Shown here: positions 34,187-47,399 of the stretch, piece by piece | Numbering within the stretch: position 1 is the stretch's first letter | How the letters are laid out: every line of letters begins with the position of its first letter | Assembly (NCBI RefSeq): GCF_000981445.1 | Contig: NC_027216.1 | Span: forward strand, 496,001 to 560,000 | Direction of reading: 5' to 3' | Origin: Babesia bigemina | Lineage: Eukaryota | DNA length: 64,000 bases | Notes under the pieces: model-generated | Database searches by the model: none | What the model saw: the letters and a program-made list of their open reading frames with translations, nothing else | Told to the model about the DNA's origin: nothing | Program-made: the position numbers and the translations under genes

Positions 34187-37100
34187 CTACATCTTCGAAC
34201 GCTGACGGAAGCGGGTGTAGCACATAACGGCCAAAAATGCCACTGATGCGGCCACTACACGGCGTTCCTGAATCGCCTGCAGCGACTTGTACATGGAAGC
34301 CGCCGCCCGATCCACGTAGGCAAAGTACTCGTCGAACATGACGGTGGTTGCCTTCGTGTAGTCCACGCCCGCGTCAAAGTTGTGGCTCGCGTATCTGAGG
34401 AAGCGCAGCACGTTAATGTGGAAGTACGGGCCCGATGTGGGTACGCTGACCACTGGCGGTGGGTTCTTCCCCTGGAAGGCCGGAGGTAGGGGCAGGTGCA
34501 GCGTTCGCACGGCGTCCTGCAGGTCTATCACATTGACCTTGATTGAGTACGGAATCTGGATCGAAGAACTCGGGTCGCGCTCCATTTGTTTGAGGAAGCG
34601 GGTGCGGATGGACTCGTGGTCTAGCATCTTAGTCATAAAGGTGTCCTCAACCTCGTAGCCGTGCTTGGCGTAGTACTCGCGCGTCCCGATACCCGCTATC
34701 ACCGCCATTTTACGGAACCCCTTTGCTCCAGCCAATATCTCAGCCACGAGCAAAAGACTGGCGCCGATGCCGCGGTGCTGGTACGGCGTGGCCTCCTTCA
34801 CAGCCTTGCCGTGCGCCACGACCACGCCATAGACGTGCAACTCCCGGATGAAGGCACAACCCTCTAAGCACCGGAAAGTGGACACCTTGGGGTCGAAATC
34901 GCTGTTGTCCCTCAGGCGCAGCCGCAAGAACCCGAATATTTTAGACTCGTCCTGGCTCTCGTAACTCAAAAAGTACTCCGTTCCGCCGGTGGCGCGGTAC
35001 TCGCGGACCATGAGCTTCGCGCCCAGGCTGGTGCTGCCCTTCTTCATCTCGCGACAGCGAATGCAGCGGCACATCAGGCCGCACTTCTGCATGCGGTTCA
35101 GCAGCAGCTGGCGCAGGTTGGTGACGTTGGTGCCTGCGATGATGGACGGGTTCGGAATGTCGCGGATCACCCGGTTCAGGCGAATCCACGGGTGCACGGC
35201 GCGTTTCACGCTCATCAGCAGGTCCATCAGCAAGTTGGGGTCCGTGTCAAAGTAGGGCACAAACAGGCCCTGTTTGTGCCACTGCTCAATCTGCGAGAAG
35301 GGGGTGACCTCGCACGGGTAAATCTTCCACTGGTCGGCCTGGAGCCCCTCATCGCCCAACATTAGGGCAAACATCTCACGGTCCATGTCAGGGTTGCTGG
35401 ACGGCAGATCCGGCATCAGGTGGACGTCAACCTTGTAACAGTTTTCCTTCAACAGGTACAGCGCCCGCTTGCTCTCGTCCAAACCGTGGCCACGGTTCAC
35501 GTGGTTCAGAACATCGTCGTTCGTGTGCTGGATCCCCAGCTGGACGCGGGTGCAACCCAGATTGCGCAAGATTCTGATCTCGGTTGGCGTAATCCGGTCA
35601 GGGCGCGTTTCGAGGGTTAAACCGATGATGCGGCACAACCCTCCCACATTCATCTCCTGCTCCGACTCCAGAGATTCGCGTGGGCGCGCAACCTCCAGCG
35701 GAGTGGGGAAAACGTTGGCGGCATAGTAGAGGTCACGACAGAATTCCTCCTGGTACTGGCGGGGGTAGCCGCTCCAAGTGCCACCCAGGACCAACACCTC
35801 GATCTTGTCAATCACGTGGCCGTTGCGGTACAGTGTCATCGCGCGGTCGTAGAACTGCCTAGCTGCGTCGAAATCGTTCTGGTTGGCGCGGAGAACCGCG
35901 GGCTCAGTGGATAGGTAGCTCCGAGGCTGCCCCGGTTCATTGGGGCAGTAGTAGCAGTCGGAGGAGCAGCTGAAGTTACCCGGAGCCGTCAACACCGTGA
36001 TCACCACCACGCCGGAGTTAGAACGCACACCCTTGTTCCTCAGCAGATGCTGCATCTTGGGGTCGTACTTGACGGAGGTGGGCGTGGAACGCCCTGCAAC
36101 GAAATCACCCGAGCCGTTGGAACCGGTGGATGACACCGACGATTGCTTCTTAGCTTCCCTCTCCATCTGCAGCTGCAAGAGGCGTTCAAAAATGTCGCGC
36201 TTAGAGGGGCCGATGTGGTACTGGCGGCGCAGCTTTGACATGAGCAGATTCAGCTCATCCTGGTCCTTGACGTTCTCGGACGACGACAGCAGCTCGTAGA
36301 TGAACTGGTCCAGCGTGGAAAGCGTGCTCACGTCGATATCCACGAAGATATCGTCGTAGCGATCAAATTGCAGCTCAGTGTACAGGGAAGCGTTGGGGTC
36401 CTGGTTGGCTTTGCTCTCGAAGTTGCGCCAACTGTCCATTGAACGAGCGAAACACTCCAAATGACGACGGCGGTTAGAGTCACCGAAATCGGCCCGAGTG
36501 ACACGGGTCACCTTCCCTGCCACCTCTTTGAAACTCTCTCGGGTGGCTGGGAAGAAATTGCGCATCTCCTCTTCGCTGTCGCTGTCGGAGTCATTCTCGC
36601 CTTCGGCGTCGTGTTTACCCGAGCCTTCGACTGCAGGTTGTCGCGATGGAGAAGGGATGTAATCATTAAAATCGTCACGGGCCGGAGTTCCTCCTTCAAC
36701 TTCACGGTCAACAATGTCGCAAGCGCCACCACTGACGGTGCTACTGCCGAACGACAGATTCCCCTCGGTGCTGGAGCTTACACGCATGCTCTGGATAGGC
36801 GTGTTTGACGGAGGAACTATGCCCACAACCGGAGAGTCGCTCGTGGGCGACATTTCCCCATCAACCACATAAGGTTCAACGAGCGCATCATAGGGTTCCT
36901 GACCAACCACTTCCGAATCAATGCCGCCACGGCCGTTGGTGATCGGGTGACTGCGCGGCCGGGATGGGGAGGCACGGTTCGTTTCTAGCGCGTCCGAAAC
37001 AACCGCTTCAAAGTCGACAGCAGCGACACCCGTGGGCGGTTCAACATCGCCATTGGCATCAAGGGACTGCTCAACAGTCAGATTTTCTGGGGCCTCGACA

Positions 37101-37420
37101 CTGTCATCAGCAACATCATTTGAAATCTCAGCATATGCTTTAGGGGATTGATCAACAACGGCGTCGGAGTCTACGTCAACATCGTCATCAAGGGGGGGCT
37201 CGATGTGTGGCTTCGCAACGTCCTCAGGCAAAACGGTTTCGGCTACAACAGGAGAGTGATGTTCCACTACGACTGCGGAATCTAGCTCATCTGGCACAAC
37301 TGCAGCTTCAAAGACGGTCGAGACTTCGTCCTCCGATAAAGATTGGTCCGCAAAATTTCTGGCGCCGGGCTGGCCACCATCGGAATCCGCAGGTGCGGCG
37401 ACGAGCTTCGAAGGCTCCAT
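34187..37420 (-). CDS. ELP3: Elongator catalytic subunit Elp3 (radical SAM + KAT) with long acidic N-terminal extension and C-terminal tail anchor
   Basis: RSNSGVVVITV, CSSDCYYCP, GGTW, ETRPD, RVQLGIQH, KIYP, RVIRDIP, IRELHVYG, QHRGIG, GIGTREYY. C-terminal hydrophobic VVAASVAFLAVMCY followed by basic residues. First ATG at 37420. Confidence 0.93.
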   Translation of the reverse strand: MEPSKLVAAPADSDGGQPGARNFADQSLSEDEVSTVFEAAVVPDELDSAVVVEHHSPVVAETVLPEDVAKPHIEPPLDDDVDVDSDAVVDQSPKAYAEISNDVADDSVEAPENLTVEQSLDANGDVEPPTGVAAVDFEAVVSDALETNRASPSRPRSHPITNGRGGIDSEVVGQEPYDALVEPYVVDGEMSPTSDSPVVGIVPPSNTPIQSMRVSSSTEGNLSFGSSTVSGGACDIVDREVEGGTPARDDFNDYIPSPSRQPAVEGSGKHDAEGENDSDSDSEEEMRNFFPATRESFKEVAGKVTRVTRADFGDSNRRRHLECFARSMDSWRNFESKANQDPNASLYTELQFDRYDDIFVDIDVSTLSTLDQFIYELLSSSENVKDQDELNLLMSKLRRQYHIGPSKRDIFERLLQLQMEREAKKQSSVSSTGSNGSGDFVAGRSTPTSVKYDPKMQHLLRNKGVRSNSGVVVITVLTAPGNFSCSSDCYYCPNEPGQPRSYLSTEPAVLRANQNDFDAARQFYDRAMTLYRNGHVIDKIEVLVLGGTWSGYPRQYQEEFCRDLYYAANVFPTPLEVARPRESLESEQEMNVGGLCRIIGLTLETRPDRITPTEIRILRNLGCTRVQLGIQHTNDDVLNHVNRGHGLDESKRALYLLKENCYKVDVHLMPDLPSSNPDMDREMFALMLGDEGLQADQWKIYPCEVTPFSQIEQWHKQGLFVPYFDTDPNLLMDLLMSVKRAVHPWIRLNRVIRDIPNPSIIAGTNVTNLRQLLLNRMQKCGLMCRCIRCREMKKGSTSLGAKLMVREYRATGGTEYFLSYESQDESKIFGFLRLRLRDNSDFDPKVSTFRCLEGCAFIRELHVYGVVVAHGKAVKEATPYQHRGIGASLLLVAEILAGAKGFRKMAVIAGIGTREYYAKHGYEVEDTFMTKMLDHESIRTRFLKQMERDPSSSIQIPYSIKVNVIDLQDAVRTLHLPLPPAFQGKNPPPVVSVPTSGPYFHINVLRFLRYASHNFDAGVDYTKATTVMFDEYFAYVDRAAASMYKSLQAIQERRVVAASVAFLAVMCYTRFRQRSKM

Positions 37421-38059
37421 CGCTAAAACCCGCACCGTGCAAAAATAGCAGAATCACGTACGTGATCGTAAGTAAGCCAAGGTCTGCCGTCCGTAGGAAC
37501 CGCAGGACTGAGGCCCTCAATGAAAAAAGCGAGCTGCTCTCTCAACAAGCCAAAGGCAAAACGCTCACCATCAACGTGAACTGCTGCTAATTATATCCTC
37601 CACTGCGTTCTATGGATGGGACAAATGCCGACATATGATGGAAGATTAGGTAGGCGCGCCTTGGTATTCCAGGGAGTCGACTCGTCGTGCAACGGTCAAC
37701 TGTGCGCCACGGCACAAGCTACGGCGGTAAACAACGTTTTCACGAGTTATTTTCGGCACAGAATCGCGTTCACTTGCAAATTAAATGTATGTGCAAGCAG
37801 CAGCAATGTACACGCTGAAAATGTGTAACGCCCCCAGACACAACGGACAGCTTCCGTGGCCAGACGCTCATCGTACACACATGAGGCACAACTGCGCTCA
37901 GTTCAAGCGAAAACCATTTCACGACCACTTATAAGTCAAATTAGGCTACAGAGAACCGCGCTACGAGCGCGAAACCGGCTGCCCATAAGCGCGAATGTCT
38001 TTGCATCACTGCCTGCAATAGAATTTCCGCGCCGTACACAAAACACACGTCATATAAAG

Positions 38060-38617
38060 ATGTCGGATCGTGAAATCAGCCGCGATTCCACAGACGACGA
38101 AATAGACAAGCTAGAACAGGAGGTCAAACGAAGGCTCAACGTGGTCGGCGGACTGCTCAAGCTACGCAACGCAGTTTCAAAGGAGGCATACAAAGGGCAC
38201 TTCGAGCAAGCCAAGGAGGCTTTTGACCAAATTTCGCAGCACGTCGCACGCGTACAGGAGAAGATTGATCGGGAACTGGCGCTTCTCCACCAGGCCAAGG
38301 GGGTGGTGGAGGCAAACAGAGTTCAGAAGCTGGTTGTTGATGAAGTGCTACGACAGCTGCAAACCTCGGATACTCTGAGGGCGATAAGTGAGTTGAGACG
38401 GTCGGTGGAAGACTCGAGAACCAGAAGTTTGTCAAGGCAGGAAGATGCAGCAGACCACGCGCCGACCAAGAACGAAAACAAGGAAGGCGAAGGCAGGAGC
38501 ACCTCCCTAAGGCAGACAACGGAACGCCCTGAGCGTCCCACGAATAACTCAAAACAGGGCGGTGGCAGCAGGAGCTACTCCAAAAACCGCGACACATTCA
38601 ACCGCTACATCCTGTAG
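38060..38617 (+). CDS. Hypothetical coiled-coil protein (~185 aa)
   Basis: ATG 38060 (MSDREISRD...), heptad-like E/K/L/Q-rich sequence with a low-complexity tail. Confidence 0.6.
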   Translation: MSDREISRDSTDDEIDKLEQEVKRRLNVVGGLLKLRNAVSKEAYKGHFEQAKEAFDQISQHVARVQEKIDRELALLHQAKGVVEANRVQKLVVDEVLRQLQTSDTLRAISELRRSVEDSRTRSLSRQEDAADHAPTKNENKEGEGRSTSLRQTTERPERPTNNSKQGGGSRSYSKNRDTFNRYIL

Positions 38618-39456
38618 GACAGCGCCGCTGAATGCGCGAACACATATCGTCGAATTTTATAAAATATATCTAAAGTGACCGCCTAGATTTGATTTTCAGT
38701 ATAACCGTTTCTATGGTCGGCTGAATGAGCCACCAATATAAGGAAGTCAGCACGGCGCCACACATAGCGTGACAATAAGGGATCAAAAAATTGCCATTCT
38801 CCCCAGGATTCCACGGCAATTGGGTCAAAATGTGTCTCCTGAGGCGCTAGTGTCCCATAGCTGCTGATTCACCGCGTATACCGAGTAGGCGCGCGAAAAG
38901 AGTGCCTGACGCAGCGTGACACGGGCACGCGTCCGACGACCCGTCACACAGGGCTTCACACCGACGGCTACAGCAGGCCAAGGTTACGGGAACAGACAAA
39001 ATAAGCCCCAGGAAGGTGAACGGTAGACAGTAGCGACGTTATTAGACCAATTACAGTGGCTACCTTGAAGTGCCACCTGGGGATCCCCCGTAATTGACAC
39101 CTCCGGCCCCAGGTTCGCGAAAGACAGTGATGACCACACTTAACAATTTACTGACCGTTTTTTAGATTGAACACTCAATCGGAACGGCCAATAATTATTC
39201 AGCAAAAATATTCAACATTTGTTGGTAACCACTGCACACGGAAAGATTCCACGCCGATTGTAAGTTTGGCCGAAACCGCTACACACGAGAGTGATTTTTG
39301 CTGTGTTGTTATTGCCGTTGTACTGTTAGTGAAATCCGCTGTTTTGCGCTAAGAGACCCGCTGGTTTGCCGTCGCGGAGTCGAACTTTGGTGGAATCTAG
39401 CTAGCCCCTCCCCATACGCACACTCATCCTTACGCAGAGTTAGAAGATAATCCAAA

Positions 39457-40125
39457 ATGTCTGCTCCGGCGATTGGTATCGATTTGGGTACCACCTACTC
39501 CTGTGTGGGTGTCTACAAGGACAACAACGTGGAGATCATCCCTAATGACCAAGGAAACAGGACCACGCCCTCGTATGTCGCCTTCACCGACACCGAGCGT
39601 CTGATTGGTGACGCCGCCAAGAACCAGGAGGCCCGCAACCCTGAGAACACCGTCTTCGACGCCAAGAGGCTCATCGGAAGGAGGTTTGACGACCCCACCG
39701 TTCAAGATGACATGAAGCACTGGCCCTTCAAGGTCATCAACGGTGTTGGCGGCAAGCCCACCATTGAAGTCACCTTCCAGGGACAGAAGAAGACCTTCCA
39801 CCCCGAAGAAATCTCGTCTATGGTCCTCATCAAGATGAAGGAGATTGCTGAGCTCTACCTCGGCAAGCCCGTCAAGGACGCCGTCATCACCGTGCCTGCC
39901 TACTTCAACGACTCCCAGCGTCAGGCCACCAAGGATGCCGGTACCATCGCCGGACTCAATGTCATGCGTATCATCAACGAGCCCACCGCCGCCGCCATTG
40001 CGTACGGTCTTGACAAGAAGGGCTCTGAGGAGAAGAACGTGCTCATCTTCGATCTTGGAGGTGGTACCTTCGATGTGTCCATCCTTACCATCGAGGACGG
40101 TATCTTCGAGGTCAAGGCCACCGCC

Positions 40126-40161
<36 letters not shown>

Positions 40162-41403
40162 CTGCTCGTCGAGCACTGTGTCCGTGACTTCATGAGGATC
40201 AACAACGGCAAGAACCTCGCCAGCAACAAGCGTGCCCTCCGTCGTCTCAGGACCCACTGTGAGCGCGCCAAGCGTGTGCTGTCCAGCTCCACCCAGGCCA
40301 CCATTGAGCTCGACTCCCTCTACGAGGGTATCGACTACAACACCACCATCAGCCGTGCTCGTTTCGAGGAGATGTGTGGTGAGAAGTTCAGGGGCACCCT
40401 CATCCCCGTCGAGAAGGCCTTGGAGTCCAGTGGCCTTGACAAGAGGAAGATCCACGAGGTCGTGCTCGTCGGTGGTTCCACCCGTATCCCCAAGATCCAG
40501 CAGCTCATCAAGGACTTCTTCAACGGAAAGGAGCCCAGCCGCTCCATCAACCCCGATGAGGCCGTCGCCTACGGTGCCGCCGTCCAGGCCGCCATCCTGT
40601 CTGGTGACCAGTCTGGCAAGATCCAGGAGCTGTTGTTGCTCGATGTCGCCCCTCTGTCCCTCGGTCTCGAGACCGCTGGTGGTGTCATGACTGTGCTCAT
40701 CAAGAGGAACACTACCATCCCCACCAAGAAGACCCAGATCTTCACCACCAACGAGAACAACCAGGAAGGTGTGTTCATCCAGGTCTTCGAGGGTGAGCGT
40801 GCCATGACCAAGGACAACAACCTCCTCGGAAAGTTCCACCTTACCGGAATTGCCCCCGCCCCCAGGGGTGTGCCCCAGATCGAGGTCACTTTCGACATTG
40901 ACGCCAACGGTATCCTCAACGTCACTGCTATGGACAAGTCCACCGGAAAGTCCGAGCACGTCACCATCACCAACGACAAGGGTCGTCTCAGCACCAGCGA
41001 CATCGAGCGCATGGTTGCCGAGGCCGAGAAGTACAAGGAGGAGGACGAGAACAGGCGCGCCTGCGTTGAGGCCAAGCACCAGCTGGAGAACTACTGCTAC
41101 AGCATGAGGAACACCCTCAACGAGGAGAACGTCAAAGCCAAGCTTGACTCCGGCGAGGTCTCTGCTGCCCTCAGCGCCATCGACGAGGCCATCACATGGC
41201 TCGAGACCAACCAGACCGCCACCAAGGAAGAGTTCGAGTACAAGCTCAAGGAGGTCGAGAAGGTCTGCCAGCCACTCACCACCAAGATGTACCAGGCGGC
41301 TGGTGCTGCGGGTATGCCAACCGGCGGACCAGGTGGCTTCGGTGGAGCTGGCCCCACTCCCGGTGCTGCTTCAAGCGGCCCTACTGTCGAGGAGGTCGAC
41401 TAA
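39457..41403 (+). CDS. HSP70: Cytosolic HSP70
   Basis: [34 protein letters not shown]-terminal GPTVEEVD; strong codon bias. Confidence 0.99.
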
Positions 41404-41556
41404 ATGGTCACTCCCTGTGCATTTGCCAATGCCAGTCATAGCAAAAACGCGTTATTTTATTTAGATCGAAATTTATGACTGTTTTAATACTAATGAGCGT
41501 GGTTGTTTGGGCGCACGGTGATGTCGGAGTCTCCGTGCTCCGCCAGCGGCCCTGGG

Positions 41557-43632
41557 TCAATCCAGGTAGATCCGGCGCACGTCGTTGCGGTCGAACGTCA
41601 CCTTGCAAACGGGACACTTGCGGTTGCGCGACTGGAGGTTGCGCGTGATGCAGCTATCGCAGAAGACGTGACCGCACTTAGAGAGGCACCGATCGCGGAA
41701 GTGCTCCAAGCACAGCGTGCAGGTCATGCGACGGCGCAGCACGTCGTTCTCGCGCTTTATGCTCTCCTCCTCGGACAACGGGTCCTGGCACTTGTCCGTG
41801 GAGCCACGCGACACCAGCACGCGCTGGGTGGCGGCCTGCACCTGCGCAAGCCGGTCGCGCAGCGCGTTCCGCTCGCGCTCGACAACCAACAGCTGCGACT
41901 GGCACTCGTACAGCGCAGAGGCCGCCATGTCGCGCTTCTTCTCGTAGCTCAGACACCTGTGGTAAGACGCCATCCACGTACGCCGGTAGGCCTCCACGCG
42001 GCGCATCAGGTCCTCCTTGTGCTGGTACGCAGCAGCCATCTTGCGCTCGCAGAAGGCCATCGCACGACTGAACTTGCCCTCCATCTCACGAGTCGACGCC
42101 TCCAGCGCAACGTACTTGTCGCGGAAGGCGCGCATCTCCTTCATCTGCTGCAGCAGGCGATCCGTCTGCTTGGTCTTCTCCTCGTAGGCGCCGCTTATCT
42201 CCTCGAGCTCAACCGAGAGGTTCTGCAGCTGGTCCTGGCAGTCCGCCAGGCCAGGCTCAGCAGCCACGCGGTCATCGGAGGGCGAGAACGCATTTATCAC
42301 CTTCGCCATCTTGGATATGTGCTCGTGCAGCACGCGGTCCTTCTCTTGGAGCTCAAAAATCAGCGAATCGCGCTCCTCTTTAAGCTCGGAGGCGACGGCG
42401 CTGAGGTGCTCCTGCCGCTCAACCTGCTGCCGCAGCTCCTCCTGGTAGGAGGCCACCTGGCTCTCGTATTCGTCGACACGGTTCAGCAGCTCGGTTTCGA
42501 TGGCCTCCAGCTGTTGCACGTAGTCAAACATTTTGCGATCGTATTCGAGGGCGACGTGCTCGCCGCGGGTGCGGAGCGTCAAGTTCAGACCCTCCAGGTA
42601 GGAAATCCGCTCATCCTGCGACTTGCACAACTCATGCAGGCGCTTATAGAGGGACGAGCCGACTATCATGTCCACAGTCACGTCTTCCACGCCTTGGATC
42701 ACGGGAGCAGGAGGATCTTCGTACTTCAGAGATTCCACGAGGCTGTTGGCAGAATTGGGTTCGGACATGGTCCGGCACGACTCCACGCGATTTAGCGAGT
42801 AACGCAGCTCGGCGTTCAGTTTGTTCAACCTGGACACCTCAACCTCAAGAACGCCGCACCGGTGGTTGCTCTTCCGCACGACGTCACGCAACTCCTCAAC
42901 CGTGTCGTACAAGCGAGTGCTGGCGAGCTCCAACACTCGCAGCCTGCTGCGCTCGGCCGGAGGTGCCTGACTGTGAGGTGCGATGTTATGCGGCGAGGTT
43001 TCCGGCACGCCACCGTGGGCAGCGGGAGACCCCCCGGTAGACTGCAGCAGGTGCTTCACTCTGGAGAGCAAAACGTTCTTCATGCGATTGAACGCCTCCA
43101 CGTGGCTGTGCAGGAAACGATCCAGCTCATCTTTGGTTGGCTGGTCGCCGGGATCGGGTTTCGAAGAGGATTTCTTTCCGTCGCCGGGGGCTTCGACGGC
43201 CTCGCCCTCCAAGGACAGAGGACCGTCGCCGGACGCGGCATCGCCTGCACCACGGCGTACAGTGAATGGTAGCCTCGTTCGCGACAGCAAGTCCAGGAAT
43301 GCGTCCTCAGGCGCGGAGTGGGTGCCGACATTGTCGTCCGAAGGCTCGAGCGACGCCCCGCCCAGTTCGGTGCTCAGCACATCCCATATGCCGGCAACAC
43401 TCGAGCACAGGTGTCTCAAGCACTCATTTTCGCGCAAAATCGCGCTGTTCTGACCGCGCAGCTGATCAACCTCCGACCGATACTCCGCCAGGCACTCGCG
43501 CAACTTGAAAAGATTCTCGTTGGCCACCACATCGTTCTGCGAAGGCGTTACGAACGCGGCAAATATTCATACCAGCAATGGAAGTTCCAGAGGAACCTCC
43601 TCCGACGCGCTCTTGTAACGTTTTCTCGACAT
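41557..43632 (-). CDS. BRE1: BRE1-like E3 ubiquitin ligase (coiled coil plus C-terminal RING)
   Basis: Exon 1 MSRKRYKSASEEVPLELPLL, intron ~43537-43572. Long coiled coil. RING CTLC...KCGHVFCDSC...RNRKCPVCKVTF..DV typical of Bre1. Confidence 0.8.
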
Positions 43633-43889
43633 GGGTAGACACACCTGCGAAAACTAGGTGATTCCCGTTCTGAGGAAACAGCTCGTCGCAGCCATCCATA
43701 CAAGCAAACCAGGTGCCGCCAAAAAATCTTCACAGGTCCACGTGGGCACAACGAGGGGACACTTTGCTGTGGTGCAACCAAACGGGTGGCGGCGACGGTG
43801 TCCCGACGGAATCCCCTCAACAGACGACCGCCAACAGCGGAGCACACAACACACGCTAATAACGTATCTGCTGGCCCGTGTTAAGACGG

Positions 43890-46800
43890 CTAGTACAAGG
43901 GTTCGATGCGATTGTGCAACTTTCTGAGCATCTTGCGGGCGAAGTAGAAGGCCGGGTCCAGAGTGCCCCGCACTTCCCACCGCTGGACGCCGTAACCGAC
44001 GTCCGAACGGCTTATTTGAACGTTGCCGTTAATGTTCAGCGCGCCAGAGCCCACGGTGCAGCACTCGGGCAAGCACTCCTCGAAGTACCGCACCAGCGTG
44101 GGCATGCCAACACTACCTGTGTAGACGCTGTGGCGCAGCGAGTGGCTTATCGCCGCGTACGGCTCGTCGGACAGTGGTTGAGGGCTTGACGCAGCCCGCG
44201 CCGAGCCGTCATCCATGGAATCCTGGTCTTCGGCCGCGCCGCTGTATTCCGCACTGCCACCCTCGGCACCCCCCGATGTCGTTGAGGTGGGATCACCTGG
44301 CAGGCATATGGCCAGCCTGGGGGGCTGAGGAGGCCGCTTCGACCAGAACGACGAACAAAGCAACACGCCTTCTGCGCCGGAGCTCGATTCGCCAGCGAAA
44401 CAGTCGAAACGCACTATAGCCTGATATACCTGGCGCGGGTTGTTGTGGCGCTTCCACGCGTCGATCGACGACAGCACGGCCATTAGCCGCTCCATTCGCG
44501 AACCGCCTTCAGCACGCTTGTTTGCCGGCGTCACACGCACGCCGTGGAACTCCTTTATGAGGTGGCCCGCTGCAAGTAGCGTGCCGGAACGGTTCACGTA
44601 TTCCTGCCGCACATCCAGCGGGATGCACAGCTGACGGTGCAACGATTCCTGCGATAGCAAACCTGTTTCGTGCTTGCACGGCGCGGCGCTGTCGAAACTG
44701 TGAAGCGCGCCGCAGCTTGGTATCGCGCCACGGATGGTCATCTCGGCACAGGCCACGGCACCCACGTCATTCTTGCGCGGGAGCAACGCGATGTTGCGGG
44801 GGCAGATCTTGCTCAAAAGCGAGACTAACTCGCAGCGTGGATGGAAGTGGCGGAAGTGATGCGTGATGTACAAGCCGCTTTTTATCACCAGAGGAAGCCG
44901 CTTGACCACCAGCTTCGACACTGCAGCGCTGGACTGCACCTCGGAGCCCGAGCCGTAATCGCCGCTGCACTCGAACATAATCGCGCCAACAGCGGAGTTC
45001 TCAACGTGCTGCATGTAGTACGCATTGAACGGGTTTTGCTCGAGCTCCGAAAACGCATCCGGCTTGTGAGCGCGCTCCTCTGGCTCCTCCACATACACGG
45101 CGGCAGCAGCTGACGGCGCAATGTTCTGGTCCAGCTCGGCGGCGGCCACGGACGTGTAGGGGATGCCGTAGTCGAGATCCCTGTCGCCGGGCTTGTTGCT
45201 GCTCTCGAGGTCATCGCGCAGTATGGCAGGCGGCATGTAGCTCACGTATCCGTTATGCACGGTGAAGTTCCGGCTATTCTTAAACAGGAACTCGGTGGCC
45301 AACTCGTCGCCAAAAGCGTCCATCGCCACATCGCCAGTTCCAACAGCAGCGGCGCCAGCTGGGTTGTATGCCTCGTCGGCGTGCTCTATACACATTTTGT
45401 GCTCGCGCGAGCCGGACTCAAACCTACCCATATCGACAGCGTCGGTTTCATCGGGCGGCTCAAGGTTGAGGCGGAGGGTGAACTCGTGTTGCAGCCCCGC
45501 CATAGCATCCCTCGCTCCGGTCGCGCGATACTGGCCCATCAGAGCGCTCACCTCCGGCGAGTCGCGCGTGAAGATGACGGTGTTGCGCTCGTAACAGCAC
45601 AAGGCGGCGAAGAGGTAGCTGGTGACACCGAAGGATAGCGAACTACACGTGGAGATGAATACGCACGGCATGCTCGAGAACCTCCGCAGCTCCTCTAGGG
45701 TTGAGACTGGGTGTATGTAGTTCAAATTGAAGATGGGATTCCACATAGTGCGCAAAAAGTTGTGGCATATGTCAGACTGCATGTACTCCAAGCACGTTGC
45801 GAACAGCAAAACCATCTTCACCGCAATCGGCGAGACCACGACTATGGGGAACTGCTGCAGGTCGCTGTTCGCCCACACGGAGTTCAGGTGCAACAGCAGG
45901 TCAATTATGTGCGGCCCGACGTCCATGGGAATCAGCACCGAACCGTTGGAACGCAGAGTGCCCGCGACAACCGATAAGATGGCTTCCATGTTCTTGCACT
46001 CCGAAGGCTGCGGCGATTGGGGGCCTTCCACCAACTTCGGCTGCTCGTGAGTCAAAAAGATGTCAGCCCGATCTAGCGAACCGATCTCGCAGCCGTTCAG
46101 GTACCACGACGGCTGGACTCGGTACGTAGGACAACATACGATGCTCCGTGGCCCCACCGACAATTTCCAAACCGCGCCTCCGATGGACACGCCATTGTTC
46201 AGCGGCAAAAAAGCGACGTGTACGGTCCAGTCATAAGTCGACTTCGTGAGATGGTAGCTCTCGTGGTAACGCAACTTGCAGCAACCGGAGTACAAAAAAT
46301 CTAAATCAGACATCCCAAAATCATCAAACTTGTAAGAAAAGGTGGCGTTCTCCAGCACGTCGACGAGGCACGCGCGGGCGAACTTGTAGGAACCCTCCGT
46401 GCACAACACCGGCGGCATGCCGGCGGCGCCGCGTATGCCGTGTAACCACGAATAGATGACTGGAAGCGCGCCAACATGCTCAAAGTCTCCGTCCGTTATT
46501 GCGATAACATCCACGTCTTTGGCGTGAAGCTTCAAAAGCGCTATGCTCTCCTGGTCGAAGTCAAGCGACCACCCGCAGTTCACTAGTACGTGAACCTCAG
46601 CGAACTGCTCTTTGGGCGCCTCTTCCGACGAGCTATCCCCAGTGGAAGCTCCACTGAAATTCGCGTTGGTATCGGCTGAAGTCAACGTCTTCCTAGTGGA
46701 ACGCGAGCTCCGCTGAGGTCGGCCTTTGGCAGACGAAGCCACCGCGCTATCCGGCGTCTCAAACTTCACAATACCATTTGCAGAATGCGCGTCTGAAGGT

Positions 46801-47124
46801 ACAATTAGCCCTAGTGTTGACAGGAAAATGCCACGTTGGACAAATACGACAACAATGGTCGTTATACGTAGGACGCGGAGCGGCGGAGGCCGAAAAATAC
46901 ACACCTGGCGCCTTTAGCTACACATTAGACATACAAGCTGACGCCAGTGTACATTAAATAACGCCATACGCCTAATGAAAAGGGACGTGCGCGTAGCAAA
47001 CGAATGTTCAACACACAGTGAAAGACATACCGGACGTTCCGAAGATGCTCAAAGGAAAGCGCAAGGTGACCTTCGTGGCCAACAGCGAGCCGCAAATTAG
47101 CGGCTCCGCCAACAGCGACGCCAT
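43890..47124 (-). CDS. CPSF2: CPSF 100-kDa subunit (inactive MBL/beta-CASP); 5' exons approximate
   Basis: VLVNCGW, DVIAITDGDFEHVGALP, GVSIGGAVWK, TLRSNGSVLIPMD, LEYM, NPIF; C-terminal VRGTLDPAFYFARKML. Probable first exon from ATG 47124. Confidence 0.8.
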
Positions 47125-47399
47125 ATTTAGCGGATAGTGGCGGCAAACGACGCGAAGGGAAAGGGTGTAGGGTTCAGGGAATACTCAGACACTGACGCGC
47201 CTTCCAACCTAGGACAGCATCATTTTAGCGCGGCATAAAATAACAAAATCATAGCGGTCATTTCTAATGCCCAAAATTAAAGTCGTGAGGACCAGCAACT
47301 GTTCACTGGGATGCGCAACAAGTTGAGCCGAAACCCATGCTTCCGCCTTAACATTGATGCTTATCCCGGATATCCTAGAACACGGCGTGAGTGTCTTGT

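Noticed and set aside
39430..41079. 549-aa antisense ORF opposite HSP70
   Set aside because: Well-known by-product of HSP70 codon bias; non-ATG start and exact codon register with the sense gene.
47161..47180. Telomere-like agggtgtagggttcaggg
   Set aside because: Only 2-3 degenerate units; cannot be distinguished from chance.
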